Positions 18,929 to 27,924 of a stretch of 64,000 nt of DNA are shown here, one piece after another. The stretch covers positions 6,989-70,988 of the forward strand of contig JANIHI010000008.1 of assembly GCA_024518585.1 (NCBI GenBank), written 5' to 3'. The notes below the pieces were generated by a model. It saw nothing but the letters and a program-made list of their open reading frames with translations, was not told the DNA's origin and ran no database searches. A program made the position numbers and the translations under genes. The stretch comes from Methanolinea sp. (lineage in GTDB: Archaea; Halobacteriota; Methanomicrobia; Methanomicrobiales; Methanospirillaceae). The number at the start of each line of letters is the position of its first letter. Within the stretch, counting starts at the first letter, position 1.

Positions 18929-19654
18929 ATGGCAGCAGTGATCGAGACATGCGGGCTCTCGAAGGTCTACGGTGACGTCACGGCCCTTGACTCCGTCTCC
19001 CTCTCGGTCGAGAAGGGGGCACTTTTTGGTCTTCTCGGCCCGAACGGGTCCGGCAAGACGACCATGATAAAGGTTCTGACCGGCCAGGTCCGGCCAACCG
19101 GGGGTTTTGCAAAGGTGCTGGGGCTCGATCCGGCGAAGGATGGCGTAGGGGTGAGGGAAAGAGTCGGGATCATCCCGGAGCAGGAGTCTCCGCCCAGTTT
19201 TCTCTCGGCGATGGAATACCTGGAGTTCGTCGGGGCCGTGAGAAAAATTCCGGACATCGCGGAAAAGGCGGAAAAATGGTTCGATATCCTCGAATTCGGG
19301 GATAAAAAGAACGTACTGTGCAAGGATCTCTCAAGGGGAACCCGCCAGAAGCTCATGTTTGCCCAGGCCTTCATCCATGAACCCGTCCTTGCCCTGATCG
19401 ACGAGCCCCTGATCAACCTCGATCCCCTGATGCAGGACGTGGTCAAGGAATTCCTTTCTGACTATGTCAGGAAAGGAAACACGCTCTTTCTCTCGACGCA
19501 TATCCTCGAGGTCGCCGAGGAGATCTGTTCTGCGGTCGCAATCCTCCACCGGGGAAGACTCCTCCATGCGGGACCGGTCGCTGACGTGAGAGCGCATGGT
19601 GAGCACCTCCCCGGGTTCTTCCTCTCGCTCGTCCGGAAGGGTGGCCATGCCTAA
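18929..19654 (+). CDS. ABC transporter ATP-binding protein
   Basis: Walker A GPNGSGKTT, signature LSRGTRQK, Walker B LALIDEP. Confidence 0.9.
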   Translation: MAAVIETCGLSKVYGDVTALDSVSLSVEKGALFGLLGPNGSGKTTMIKVLTGQVRPTGGFAKVLGLDPAKDGVGVRERVGIIPEQESPPSFLSAMEYLEFVGAVRKIPDIAEKAEKWFDILEFGDKKNVLCKDLSRGTRQKLMFAQAFIHEPVLALIDEPLINLDPLMQDVVKEFLSDYVRKGNTLFLSTHILEVAEEICSAVAILHRGRLLHAGPVADVRAHGEHLPGFFLSLVRKGGHA

Positions 19655-21053
19655 TCTCTTCTCCTGTCTGATGAAAGAGGAGTGGAGGATGCACTCCACG
19701 ATGTTCGGGAGCGTCTCCTTTGCTCTCTTCCCGGTGATGATCTTTGGGATCGTGTTCATGGGCTCGTTCCTGCTCCCCCTGCTCTCTGCCGCGTTTCCGG
19801 CAGGAGACCTTGCGTTTCTTGCTCATGCCACCTTCCTCCTGCTTGGGTTCATGGTCGGTGGCTTCGGACTCCTTGGGAACGAGATGATGAACAGGAGGTT
19901 TGGCCAGGCGAGTCTCCTCGTGTATTCGGCGCGGAGTCTGCCCCTTTCAGAGCGGTCCATCTTTGCACACTTTGTCGTAAAGGACATCTTCTACTACTTC
20001 TTCCTCTGGGTTCTCCCCTTTGGGGCAGGGTACATTGCCGCATCGCCATTTTCAGGTGTCCCCCTCTCACGGGCACTCCTCCTCCTGCTGACCTTATCCC
20101 TTTCATTCCTCCTCGGTCTCTGCGTTGTTTTCCTCCTCTCGTCCCTCTATGTCCGGTCGAAAACGGCGTGCCTCCTTGCAGTGGTCTTTCTTGGTGTTGC
20201 GGCCGGGATATACACGTTTTGGTCCGGCACGAACCCCGCACTGCTCTTTCCCCCGTATCTCCTCTACTCTGCCTTCTCGTGGATGGCTTTTCTTGCGACG
20301 GCCCTTGCAATTGCTGTCCTGTTCGCCGCATCAGTCGTGCTCTTTTCTCCGGAAGGGAGGAGTTCGGCACGGACATACAGGCGCGTGCTCGGGCGCCTCG
20401 CGAAAATGTTATCGTTCCTTCCTGATTCACCAATCGTCGCAAAGGACTTGCTCGATCTCGCCCGCAGCGGCATCGGCATCGGTCAGACACTCTTCTCTTT
20501 CTTGATCCCCCTCGTCGTGATCTGGTTCTTTCTCTCACTTCTCAGGGGATCCCTTCCCCCCCACGGTTTGATCATCATATTCAGTCTTACAACCGGCATC
20601 ATTGCCTCGACCATCTACACGTGGGTGACGGAATTCGATTCTTTCGGGCCCTATTCCTGCCTCCCTGTTTCCGTCAGCACCCTGATTGCCGGCAAGATGA
20701 CAACGTTCCTTGTCCTGCAGGCTCTCCCCGCGGTCTTTATCGGGACGGTCGCAACCCTTTCTTCCGGTCCCGAACTGGTTGCCCCTGTCATCGTCCTCTG
20801 CCTCTCGATCTCTGTCTATGCCGCAGGCGTGATGGCGTATCTCTGCGGGCTATCTCCAAGCGTCCTCGTCTATGATGTGCGTGTCCTCATCACCTATCTG
20901 GTCCTTGACAGCGTGGCACTTGTCCTCCTCGCTGCGGTCTCCTTTGCAAACTCCCTCTATGCTTTCCTGTCGCTCTTTCTCCTCGTCCCTGCATACATCC
21001 TTGTCAGGGCAGCGAGGGCCCGGTGGGATGCCCGGGACCCTGCCGGGATTTAA
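19647..21053 (+). CDS. polytopic membrane protein, probable permease partner of the ABC ATPase
   Basis: Start ATG 19647 overlaps the ATPase stop by 8 nt. About 12 hydrophobic segments. No specific family recognised. Confidence 0.6.
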   Translation: MPNLFSCLMKEEWRMHSTMFGSVSFALFPVMIFGIVFMGSFLLPLLSAAFPAGDLAFLAHATFLLLGFMVGGFGLLGNEMMNRRFGQASLLVYSARSLPLSERSIFAHFVVKDIFYYFFLWVLPFGAGYIAASPFSGVPLSRALLLLLTLSLSFLLGLCVVFLLSSLYVRSKTACLLAVVFLGVAAGIYTFWSGTNPALLFPPYLLYSAFSWMAFLATALAIAVLFAASVVLFSPEGRSSARTYRRVLGRLAKMLSFLPDSPIVAKDLLDLARSGIGIGQTLFSFLIPLVVIWFFLSLLRGSLPPHGLIIIFSLTTGIIASTIYTWVTEFDSFGPYSCLPVSVSTLIAGKMTTFLVLQALPAVFIGTVATLSSGPELVAPVIVLCLSISVYAAGVMAYLCGLSPSVLVYDVRVLITYLVLDSVALVLLAAVSFANSLYAFLSLFLLVPAYILVRAARARWDARDPAGI

Positions 21054-21230
21054 CTGGGCCCCTCCGTTTTAATTACTTATATTCGACCGGCCGGGGGGCA
21101 TGGGCCGTTCGAATCGAAGTGCACCGGGTTTTCCTTACGACAGCAAGGGTGAAAAATGCATCATGAATGTTCCATGAAAAAGACTACTCTTTCTCCCCTT
21201 TCAATCGCATTTCATGTTTTTTTGAATACA

Positions 21231-21237
21231 TTTATAT
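21231..21237 (+). promoter_or_regulatory. TATA-like box (TTTATAT) for the AOR gene
   Basis: Lies 33 nt upstream of ATG 21270, which implies a very short or absent leader. Confidence 0.3.
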
Positions 21238-21269
21238 GGTTGTGTATCTACAGGTGGCTTTGTGGTATC

Positions 21270-23045
21270 ATGGACGCCTATGCAGGAAAGATAGCAGATA
21301 TTGATCTGACCAGGAAAAAAGTGACAGTTGCATCGACACCCTCTGACTGGAAGAAGAGGTATCTTGGAGGAAGGGGGTTTGGTGCCCGCGTTGTCACCGA
21401 CAGGGTTGATGCCCGCGATGATCCGCTTGGAGAAAAGAATGTCTTTGTCCTCGCCTCGGGTCCCACGACGGGAACGGGGATCCCGCTCGGGTCGAGGTAC
21501 GAGATTAGCGCGAAATCTCCCCTGAACGGCACCCTGATGTCCTCCAACTCCGGGGGTGTCTTTGGGTGGAAGATCAAGAGGGCTGGTTTTGACGCCGTCA
21601 TCCTGAACGGTAAGGCAGATAAGCCCTGTTTCATTTTTTTGAACGAGGGAAAAGCCGAGATACGGGACGCCTCCGCCTACTGGGGAAAGACCACACATGA
21701 GGCGACCGAGATGATCATCTCGGATCTCGGGGACACTAAGGCAAAGGTTGCCTGCATCGGTCCTGCCGGGGAGAAAAAGAGTCTCCTTGCCTGCGTGATC
21801 AATGACATGGATAGGGCAGCAGGCCGGGCTGGTGGCGGGGCGGTGATGGGTTCGAAGAATGTGAAGGCAATCGTTGCAGCCGGCGACCTTTCCATAGGGG
21901 TTGCAGACGAGGAACGCCTCAACACCGTCAAGGAACGCATCAGGGAGAAACTCGAGAAAAACGGCATCTGCCAGGCCCTGACCAAATACGGGACGGCAGT
22001 CCTTGTCAACATCATCAACGAGGCCGGCATTCTCCCGACACGCAATTTCCAATCGGCGCACTTTGCAAATGCAGAGAAGGTCTCGGGGGAGGCTCTCGCC
22101 GAGAAGTACCTGAAGAAGAACAAGGGGTGCTATGCATGCATCGTCCGGTGCAGCAGGGTGACAGAGGTCGATGGCGAGATCCACGAGGGGCCGGAGTACG
22201 AACCGCTCTGGGCATTCACTGCTGACCTGGGGATTGATGACCTTGCATTTGCCACGAAGGCCACGTGGCTCTGCAATAAGCTTGGTTTAGATGCAATCGG
22301 CACCCCCACCGCGATTGCCTGTGCGATGGAGATGAAGGAGAAGGGATACATCAGGGATGGCCCTCACTTTGGTTCCCCGGACGGGCTCCTCGATCTTATC
22401 CGCCAGATGGCATACCGGGAGGGATTCGGCGCTGAACTCTCGGATGGGTCGTACAGGTTTGCCGAAAAGCACGGACATCCTGAACTCTCGATGAGCGTCA
22501 AAAAACAGGATATCCCGGCTTACGACCCGCGGGGTCTCCAGGGTCACGGTCTTGAGTATGCGACATCAGTGCGGGGTGCGGACCATGTCTATGGCTACAT
22601 GGTCTCACCCGAGGTCCTTGGTGCTCCAGTCAAGCTTGATCCTTACACAAGCGAGGGCAAGGCGCAATGGACAAAGACTTTCCAGGATCTGACAGCGGCC
22701 ATCGATGCATCGGGGATGTGCCTCTTCTCCTCGTTTGCCCTTGACGCGGATGACTATGCAGACATGATCTCTGCAGCAACGGGAACGTCGCTTTCAGCCA
22801 GGGGGCTTCTCCATATCGGGGAGAGGATCTGGAACCTCCAGAGGCTCTTTAACCTGAAGGTTGGATATACCAAGGACGATGACACGCTTCCCTCCCGTCT
22901 GCTGAATGAACCGCTCCGCGAGGGTGCTCCGAAGGGGAGAGTCTGGCAGCGCCAGCCCCTGCTTGACGAGTACTACGAGCTCCGGGGGTGGGATAAAAAT
23001 GGGGTCCCGACCAGACAGAAACTGGAAGAACTGGGCCTTGCGTGA
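21270..23045 (+). CDS. aor: tungsten-type aldehyde:ferredoxin oxidoreductase (AOR family)
   Basis: MDAYAGKIADIDLTRKKV...YLGGRGFGARV is the AOR N-domain. Full-length collinearity with the AOR family. The upstream 38 codons of the track ORF are not AOR-like. Confidence 0.9.
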   Translation: MDAYAGKIADIDLTRKKVTVASTPSDWKKRYLGGRGFGARVVTDRVDARDDPLGEKNVFVLASGPTTGTGIPLGSRYEISAKSPLNGTLMSSNSGGVFGWKIKRAGFDAVILNGKADKPCFIFLNEGKAEIRDASAYWGKTTHEATEMIISDLGDTKAKVACIGPAGEKKSLLACVINDMDRAAGRAGGGAVMGSKNVKAIVAAGDLSIGVADEERLNTVKERIREKLEKNGICQALTKYGTAVLVNIINEAGILPTRNFQSAHFANAEKVSGEALAEKYLKKNKGCYACIVRCSRVTEVDGEIHEGPEYEPLWAFTADLGIDDLAFATKATWLCNKLGLDAIGTPTAIACAMEMKEKGYIRDGPHFGSPDGLLDLIRQMAYREGFGAELSDGSYRFAEKHGHPELSMSVKKQDIPAYDPRGLQGHGLEYATSVRGADHVYGYMVSPEVLGAPVKLDPYTSEGKAQWTKTFQDLTAAIDASGMCLFSSFALDADDYADMISAATGTSLSARGLLHIGERIWNLQRLFNLKVGYTKDDDTLPSRLLNEPLREGAPKGRVWQRQPLLDEYYELRGWDKNGVPTRQKLEELGLA

Positions 23046-24206
23046 GTGAAGAGAATGGTTGTAACACCCGGACAGGAACCTGGGCTCTGGCACGGTATAC
23101 CCAGGGACGAGATCGACTGGCACCCGGTGGTGAATGAAGAGAAATACATCGGTTGCGGGTTCTGCTTCCTCACCTGCGGGAAAGGAGTATTCGGGTTTGA
23201 CTGGGAGAGGAAGAAATCAGTGGTCATCCACACTGAAAAATGCGTGGTCGGCTGCCAGACATACGCGAACCTCAGCCCTGCGACAGCGATCAGGTTTGCA
23301 GAAGAGGGCGATAATCCCCGGGCGAGGGTGCAGCGGCTCATCAAGGAACGGAAAGTCCTCCCAATGGTGAAAAAAAGAGCTTGCCATGATGCAGACCTGA
23401 CAAGTGGAGCATATAAAGGCTCGATATCCGGAGAAAAGACCATAAAACGGGCAAAAGAACTAAAAACCATGTTATCGCTTGTTGAGCGCGAACAGTACCT
23501 CCGCCAGATCCCCATCATAGGTGAGGCAGGCCAGGAGAGATTGAGGGATGCGGCAGTGCTTGTTGCCGGTGCAGGAGGTCTTGGATCGGTCTGTGCCCAG
23601 ATGTGTGCGTGTGCAGGGTTCGGGAAGATCCGGATCGTGGACAATGACGTCGTGGAGCGCCACAACCTCAACCGGCAAGTACTGTATGCGGCAAGGGACC
23701 ACGGCCTCTTCAAGGTGGAAGTCGCTGCACGCCGGCTCCGGGAGAACAATCCATTTCTCCTGGTCGAGCCGGTGCGGGAGAAAATCACCCGCGAGACCAT
23801 CGGCGGGCTCGCGAGGGGAATCGATGTGATCATCGATGGAATGGACAATTACGATGCCCGTTATATCCTCGACGATGCCGCGTTCGAAGTGGGCATCCCC
23901 CTTGTCCACGGGGCGGTGAACGGGTTCTATGGCCAGGTCTCATCAATCATCCCGGGAAGTACTCCCTGCCTGCACTGCATCGTCCCCCACCCCCCTCCTT
24001 CCGGGAATATTCCCATCCTTGGAGTCACGGTCGGAACGATCGGGAGCATCCAGGTGGCAGAGGCAATCAAGCTGGTGACGGGGCTTGGAAGACCGATGGC
24101 AGGACGGATGCTCCTCTGGGACGGGCTCATGGGCGAAGCGGAAGTGATACCAGTCACCAGTGACCCATCCTGTACCCGGTGCAACGGGAGAAGTGTCTCG
24201 CCATGA
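23046..24206 (+). CDS. ThiF/MoeB-type E1-like adenylyltransferase with N-terminal ferredoxin-like Cys domain
   Basis: VLVAGAGGLGS nucleotide loop, NLNRQVLY, and C-terminal CLHC...CTRC zinc motif. The N-terminal ~100 aa carries CGFCFLTC and CVVGC. GTG 23046 abuts the AOR stop; ATG 23055 is an alternative. Confidence 0.85.
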   Translation: MKRMVVTPGQEPGLWHGIPRDEIDWHPVVNEEKYIGCGFCFLTCGKGVFGFDWERKKSVVIHTEKCVVGCQTYANLSPATAIRFAEEGDNPRARVQRLIKERKVLPMVKKRACHDADLTSGAYKGSISGEKTIKRAKELKTMLSLVEREQYLRQIPIIGEAGQERLRDAAVLVAGAGGLGSVCAQMCACAGFGKIRIVDNDVVERHNLNRQVLYAARDHGLFKVEVAARRLRENNPFLLVEPVREKITRETIGGLARGIDVIIDGMDNYDARYILDDAAFEVGIPLVHGAVNGFYGQVSSIIPGSTPCLHCIVPHPPPSGNIPILGVTVGTIGSIQVAEAIKLVTGLGRPMAGRMLLWDGLMGEAEVIPVTSDPSCTRCNGRSVSP

Positions 24207-24481
24207 AGGTGCGGGTGAAGTCGTTTGCGATCCTCAGGCAGTATCTGCCCAGGGAGACTGTAGTCGAGATGGCAGAAGGGGCATCGATCCGCGATCTCCT
24301 CTCTATCCTCGTGCAACAGGTCCCGCCCCTTGCAGGGGAGATTTTCAATGAACAGGGGGAACTGAAAGAATTCGTAAACATCCTTAAGAACGGGAGGAAC
24401 ATCCACTTCATCTCCGGTCTGGAAACTACCATCGGGGATGGCGATCTCGTTGCCCTGTTTCCTCCCGCAGGAGGAGGGTAG
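24203..24481 (+). CDS. moaD: MoaD/ThiS-family ubiquitin-fold sulfur carrier (SAMP-like), C-terminal GG
   Basis: 92 aa ending ...LFPPAGGG. ATGA overlap with the E1-like gene. Confidence 0.85.
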   Translation: MKVRVKSFAILRQYLPRETVVEMAEGASIRDLLSILVQQVPPLAGEIFNEQGELKEFVNILKNGRNIHFISGLETTIGDGDLVALFPPAGGG

Positions 24482-24565
24482 GTACATAGAGGTTCCATTG
24501 CAGGTATCTGAACCCGGATTGGATCATCATACATCCATTGCGAAAAGGAAAGGACTGGATTCACC

Positions 24566-26524
24566 ATGAAGGAAGAGAAAAAACCGCAGATTATCAGGGA
24601 ACGGATCGAGGTGTGCGAGCTTGACCGTGCACGCCTGTCCCTGATGAACCCCGAACTGATCAAACAGAAGAGGGAGAACAGGACGATAGACGAGGCGGCA
24701 AAGCCGTTCATCGAGCTTACGATGAAAGAGGGGATAGAGACCGTCTGGGACCGGCACGAGATGCAGCAGCCGGAATGCAAGTACTGTGCAGCCGGGATCT
24801 CTTGCCAGCGGTGTGCGATGGGCCCGTGCCGGATCATCCCCCCGCACCGGGTCAGGGGTGTCTGCGGGGCCGATGCCGACCTGATCGTTGCCCGGAACCT
24901 GCTCGACCAGCTGGCGACCGGTGCAGCGGCACACTCGGACCACGGGAGAGAGATTGTCCTTACCCTGTACGGTGTGGGGAAAGGCACGGTCAACGATTAT
25001 ACAATCTCGGACCCGGAGAAGATGAAAAGGCTTGCCCGTGAGTACGGAATCGAAACGGCCGGGAAGAGCGAGAGGAAACTGGCCGAGGAACTCGGGCTTG
25101 CCATGCTCGAGGAATTTGGAACCCTCAAGGACTCCCTCCGGATCGCAGACCGGGCACCCCGGGCCACGCGGGAGGTCTGGAAGAATGCCGGCATCGTCCC
25201 GCGCGGGATCGACCGGGAGGTGGTCGAGGCGATGCACCGCGTCCAGATGGGTGTTGCGGCCGACTATGCCAACACGCTGGTCCATGGGTTGCGGGCCTCG
25301 CTCTCTGACGGCTGGGGTGGCTCAAGCCTTGCCACCGAGGTCTCCGATATCCTCTTTGGGACGCCGCGGCCCAACGAATCTCTCGTGAACCTGGGTGTTG
25401 TGAAAAAGGACCATGTCAACATCTCGCTCCATGGCCATAACCCCATGCTTTCAGAGATGGTCGTGAAGGCAGCAAAAGACTCCGAGATCCAGGCTCTTGT
25501 CAGGAAAGTCGGGGCGGCCGGGATCAACCTCGTCGGGCTCTGCTGCACCGGCAACGAGCTCCTGATGAGAAAGGGAATCCCCAATGCCGGCAACCACTTC
25601 AACCAGGAGCTCGTGATCACGACGGGAGCGCTCGAGGCGATGGTCGTGGACTACCAGTGCATCTTCCCCTCTCTCCCGCGCACGGCAAGCTGCTACCATA
25701 CCTACATCATCTCCACGAGCCCGAAATCACGCATCCCCGGTTCCTACTACTTCGAGTTCGAACCCGAGACTGCCTATGAAACGGCAAAGGCCATCGTGAA
25801 GATGGCGGTTGAGAACTTCCCGAACCGGAACCCCGACAGGGTCTTTATCCCCGTTGAGCCCGTGAAGGTGACGACCGGCTTCTCGGTCGAGGCTATCAGG
25901 GGGGCACTCGGGGGGACATTCAAGCCGCTCATCGACCAGATCGCGTCCGGGAATATCCGGGGTGCGGTCGGTATCGTGGGCTGCAATAACCCGAAAGTGA
26001 AGCATGACTACGGCCATGTGACTCTCTCGAAGGAGCTGATCAAGCGCGATATCCTCTGCGTCGAGACCGGGTGTGCTGCCATCGCATCCGGAAAAGCAGG
26101 TCTGCTCCAGCCGTCAGCCGCATCCCTGGCCGGACCGGGTCTCGGGCCAGTCTGCACGTCGCTTGGAATCCCGCCTGTCCTCCACATGGGCTCCTGCGTC
26201 GACTGCTCGCGGATCCTGCACCTGGCTGCAGAACTGGCAAATGCCCTGAACGTCGGTATCCACCGCCTCCCGATTGCCGGGGCAGCTCCAGAGTGGTATT
26301 CACAAAAGGCAGTCTCGATCGGCTCCTACTTTGTCGCATCGGGAGTATTCACGGTGCTCGGAGTCATGCCCAAGATCTCGGGGAGCCCGGCGGTCATCTC
26401 CCTCCTGACCGAGGGATTGAAAGGCGTTGTCAACGCGTCCTTTGCTGTCGAACCTGACCCGCTCAAGGCCGCGGACCTGATATCGGCACACATCGAGAGG
26501 AAGAGGACAGAACTTGGGATTTGA
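24566..26524 (+). CDS. cooS: Ni-dependent anaerobic carbon monoxide dehydrogenase catalytic subunit
   Basis: 652 aa. The N-terminal CKYCAAGISCQRCAMGPCRI cluster motif and prismane/CODH-family collinearity support the call. Confidence 0.85.
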   Translation: MKEEKKPQIIRERIEVCELDRARLSLMNPELIKQKRENRTIDEAAKPFIELTMKEGIETVWDRHEMQQPECKYCAAGISCQRCAMGPCRIIPPHRVRGVCGADADLIVARNLLDQLATGAAAHSDHGREIVLTLYGVGKGTVNDYTISDPEKMKRLAREYGIETAGKSERKLAEELGLAMLEEFGTLKDSLRIADRAPRATREVWKNAGIVPRGIDREVVEAMHRVQMGVAADYANTLVHGLRASLSDGWGGSSLATEVSDILFGTPRPNESLVNLGVVKKDHVNISLHGHNPMLSEMVVKAAKDSEIQALVRKVGAAGINLVGLCCTGNELLMRKGIPNAGNHFNQELVITTGALEAMVVDYQCIFPSLPRTASCYHTYIISTSPKSRIPGSYYFEFEPETAYETAKAIVKMAVENFPNRNPDRVFIPVEPVKVTTGFSVEAIRGALGGTFKPLIDQIASGNIRGAVGIVGCNNPKVKHDYGHVTLSKELIKRDILCVETGCAAIASGKAGLLQPSAASLAGPGLGPVCTSLGIPPVLHMGSCVDCSRILHLAAELANALNVGIHRLPIAGAAPEWYSQKAVSIGSYFVASGVFTVLGVMPKISGSPAVISLLTEGLKGVVNASFAVEPDPLKAADLISAHIERKRTELGI

Positions 26525-27359
26525 GGCAAAAGATATGGCGACCCGGGAGGGCCGGGTGCATTCGTCTTGTATCGGGGAGAAAGTGAGGGTCGTCATCACG
26601 GGGAAGGGCGGTGTCGGCAAGACAACCCTGGCAGCCCTCCTTGCCCACCGATTTGCGCGCGTTGGACGGACGGTCCTCGCGGTGGACGGAGACCCCCAGC
26701 AGAACCTGGCCTGCACTCTCGGCCTTTCGGCCAGCGATGTCCAGTCGATCGTTCCTCTCTCCGAGAGGAAAGAATACATCGCAGAAAAAATCGGGGCAGT
26801 ACCTGGCCGGGGTGGATTCATGGTCCTCAACCCGGACACGGCCGATGTCGTCGACCGTTTCAGCTATCCCGCGGGAGACGGGATACGCCTCCTCGTCCTT
26901 GGCGGGGTAAAAAATGCAGGATCGGGCTGTCTCTGCCCCGAGTATACCCTCCTCTCGGCAATACTCAGGAGTGCAAAGTACCTGCCCGGGGACGTCGTAC
27001 TCCTTGACACGCCAGCCGGCTTGGAACATTTCGGGCGTGCAGTTGCACAGGGGTTTTCGATTGCCCTCGTCGTAACCGATACGTCATTCAATGGGAGGGC
27101 TGTTGCCAGGGAACTCTGCCGGCTTGCGCACGAATGCGGTATACCGCTGGTAACCCTTGTCACAAACAAGGCGCCGGTGAATGGCAGGGATTTCGTGAGA
27201 AACGATCTCCCTCCCGGGTTAGTCTCCAGGGAAATCGAGATCCCTGATGATCCCTGTATCAGGGCCCATGAACCTTCTGTCGTTTCAGTGCTGGATGAAG
27301 AGTGTCCCGCGGCGAGGGCCGTGGGACGGCTTGCACGGGCCATCTCTCCGGGATGGTGA
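26514..27359 (+). CDS. cooC: CODH nickel-insertion accessory ATPase
   Basis: P-loop ITGKGGVGKTT and the GSGCLCPE CxC metal motif. Overlaps the cooS end; the exact start is uncertain. Confidence 0.8.
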   Translation: MGFEAKDMATREGRVHSSCIGEKVRVVITGKGGVGKTTLAALLAHRFARVGRTVLAVDGDPQQNLACTLGLSASDVQSIVPLSERKEYIAEKIGAVPGRGGFMVLNPDTADVVDRFSYPAGDGIRLLVLGGVKNAGSGCLCPEYTLLSAILRSAKYLPGDVVLLDTPAGLEHFGRAVAQGFSIALVVTDTSFNGRAVARELCRLAHECGIPLVTLVTNKAPVNGRDFVRNDLPPGLVSREIEIPDDPCIRAHEPSVVSVLDEECPAARAVGRLARAISPGW

Positions 27360-27515
27360 ACGGGATCATGGATCTTCCAATGGAAAAATGTATACTCCTT
27401 AAATGCGGATCAAGGGACAAAAAAGTCAAAATTGAAAAATTGAGAGAAAATTGCAAAAGAATAACCCGGGGGAACACCACCAACGTTCCCCGGGACTCTT
27501 CAGGAGGGAAGTAAA

Positions 27516-27746
27516 ATGGTCCATGTCAGAATCAAACGCGAGGACTGCACGGCGTGCAGCACCTGCTGGGAGACGTGCCCGGAGGTGTTTGAAGAGAATC
27601 GTGACGACAGCTTCAGCCAGATACGGGAAGAGTTCCGCTCAGGCGGGGGAATTTCCGAAGGGGAGGTGCCTGAGAGCCTGAAAGGCTGCGTCGAAGAAGC
27701 GGCAGCTCTCTGTCCCGTCCAGATTATCTCTCTCACCAATGAATGA
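27516..27746 (+). CDS. small [4Fe-4S] ferredoxin (76 aa)
   Basis: CTACSTCWETCP plus a distal CP (AALCPV). RBS-like GGAGGG 8-13 nt upstream. Confidence 0.8.
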   Translation: MVHVRIKREDCTACSTCWETCPEVFEENRDDSFSQIREEFRSGGGISEGEVPESLKGCVEEAAALCPVQIISLTNE

Positions 27747-27863
27747 AAAAGCGGACTCTGCCGTATTTCATCTTTGAAAAGGGAATATCCCTGTTCAAGG
27801 GGGTCCAGGACGGTAAGGGGGGGCAGTAAGAGGTGGGAAAATATTATTATCCCATCAAACCAA

Positions 27864-27886
27864 ATATTTCAACATAATTTGAATAT
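27864..27886 (+). promoter_or_regulatory. imperfect palindrome ATATTTCAAC-ATA-ATTTGAATAT (contains TTCAA-N6-TTGAA) downstream of TATA-like AAATATTATTAT
   Basis: ttcaac 27868-27873, tttgaa 27878-27883, AT-rich box 27838-27850. Lies 39-61 nt upstream of ATG 27925. Confidence 0.35.
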
Positions 27887-27924
27887 CCCTGCAGCCTCGA
27901 TGAGCCCGGGAGCAACGTGATTGA

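Noticed and set aside
21103-21120. GTTCGAATC, a tRNA T-loop-like sequence, raising the possibility of a tRNA gene or fragment
   Set aside because: The flanks do not form a T-stem (gggcc versus cgaag). No acceptor, D or anticodon arms could be built around it. It is better explained as one arm of the 12-nt inverted repeat.
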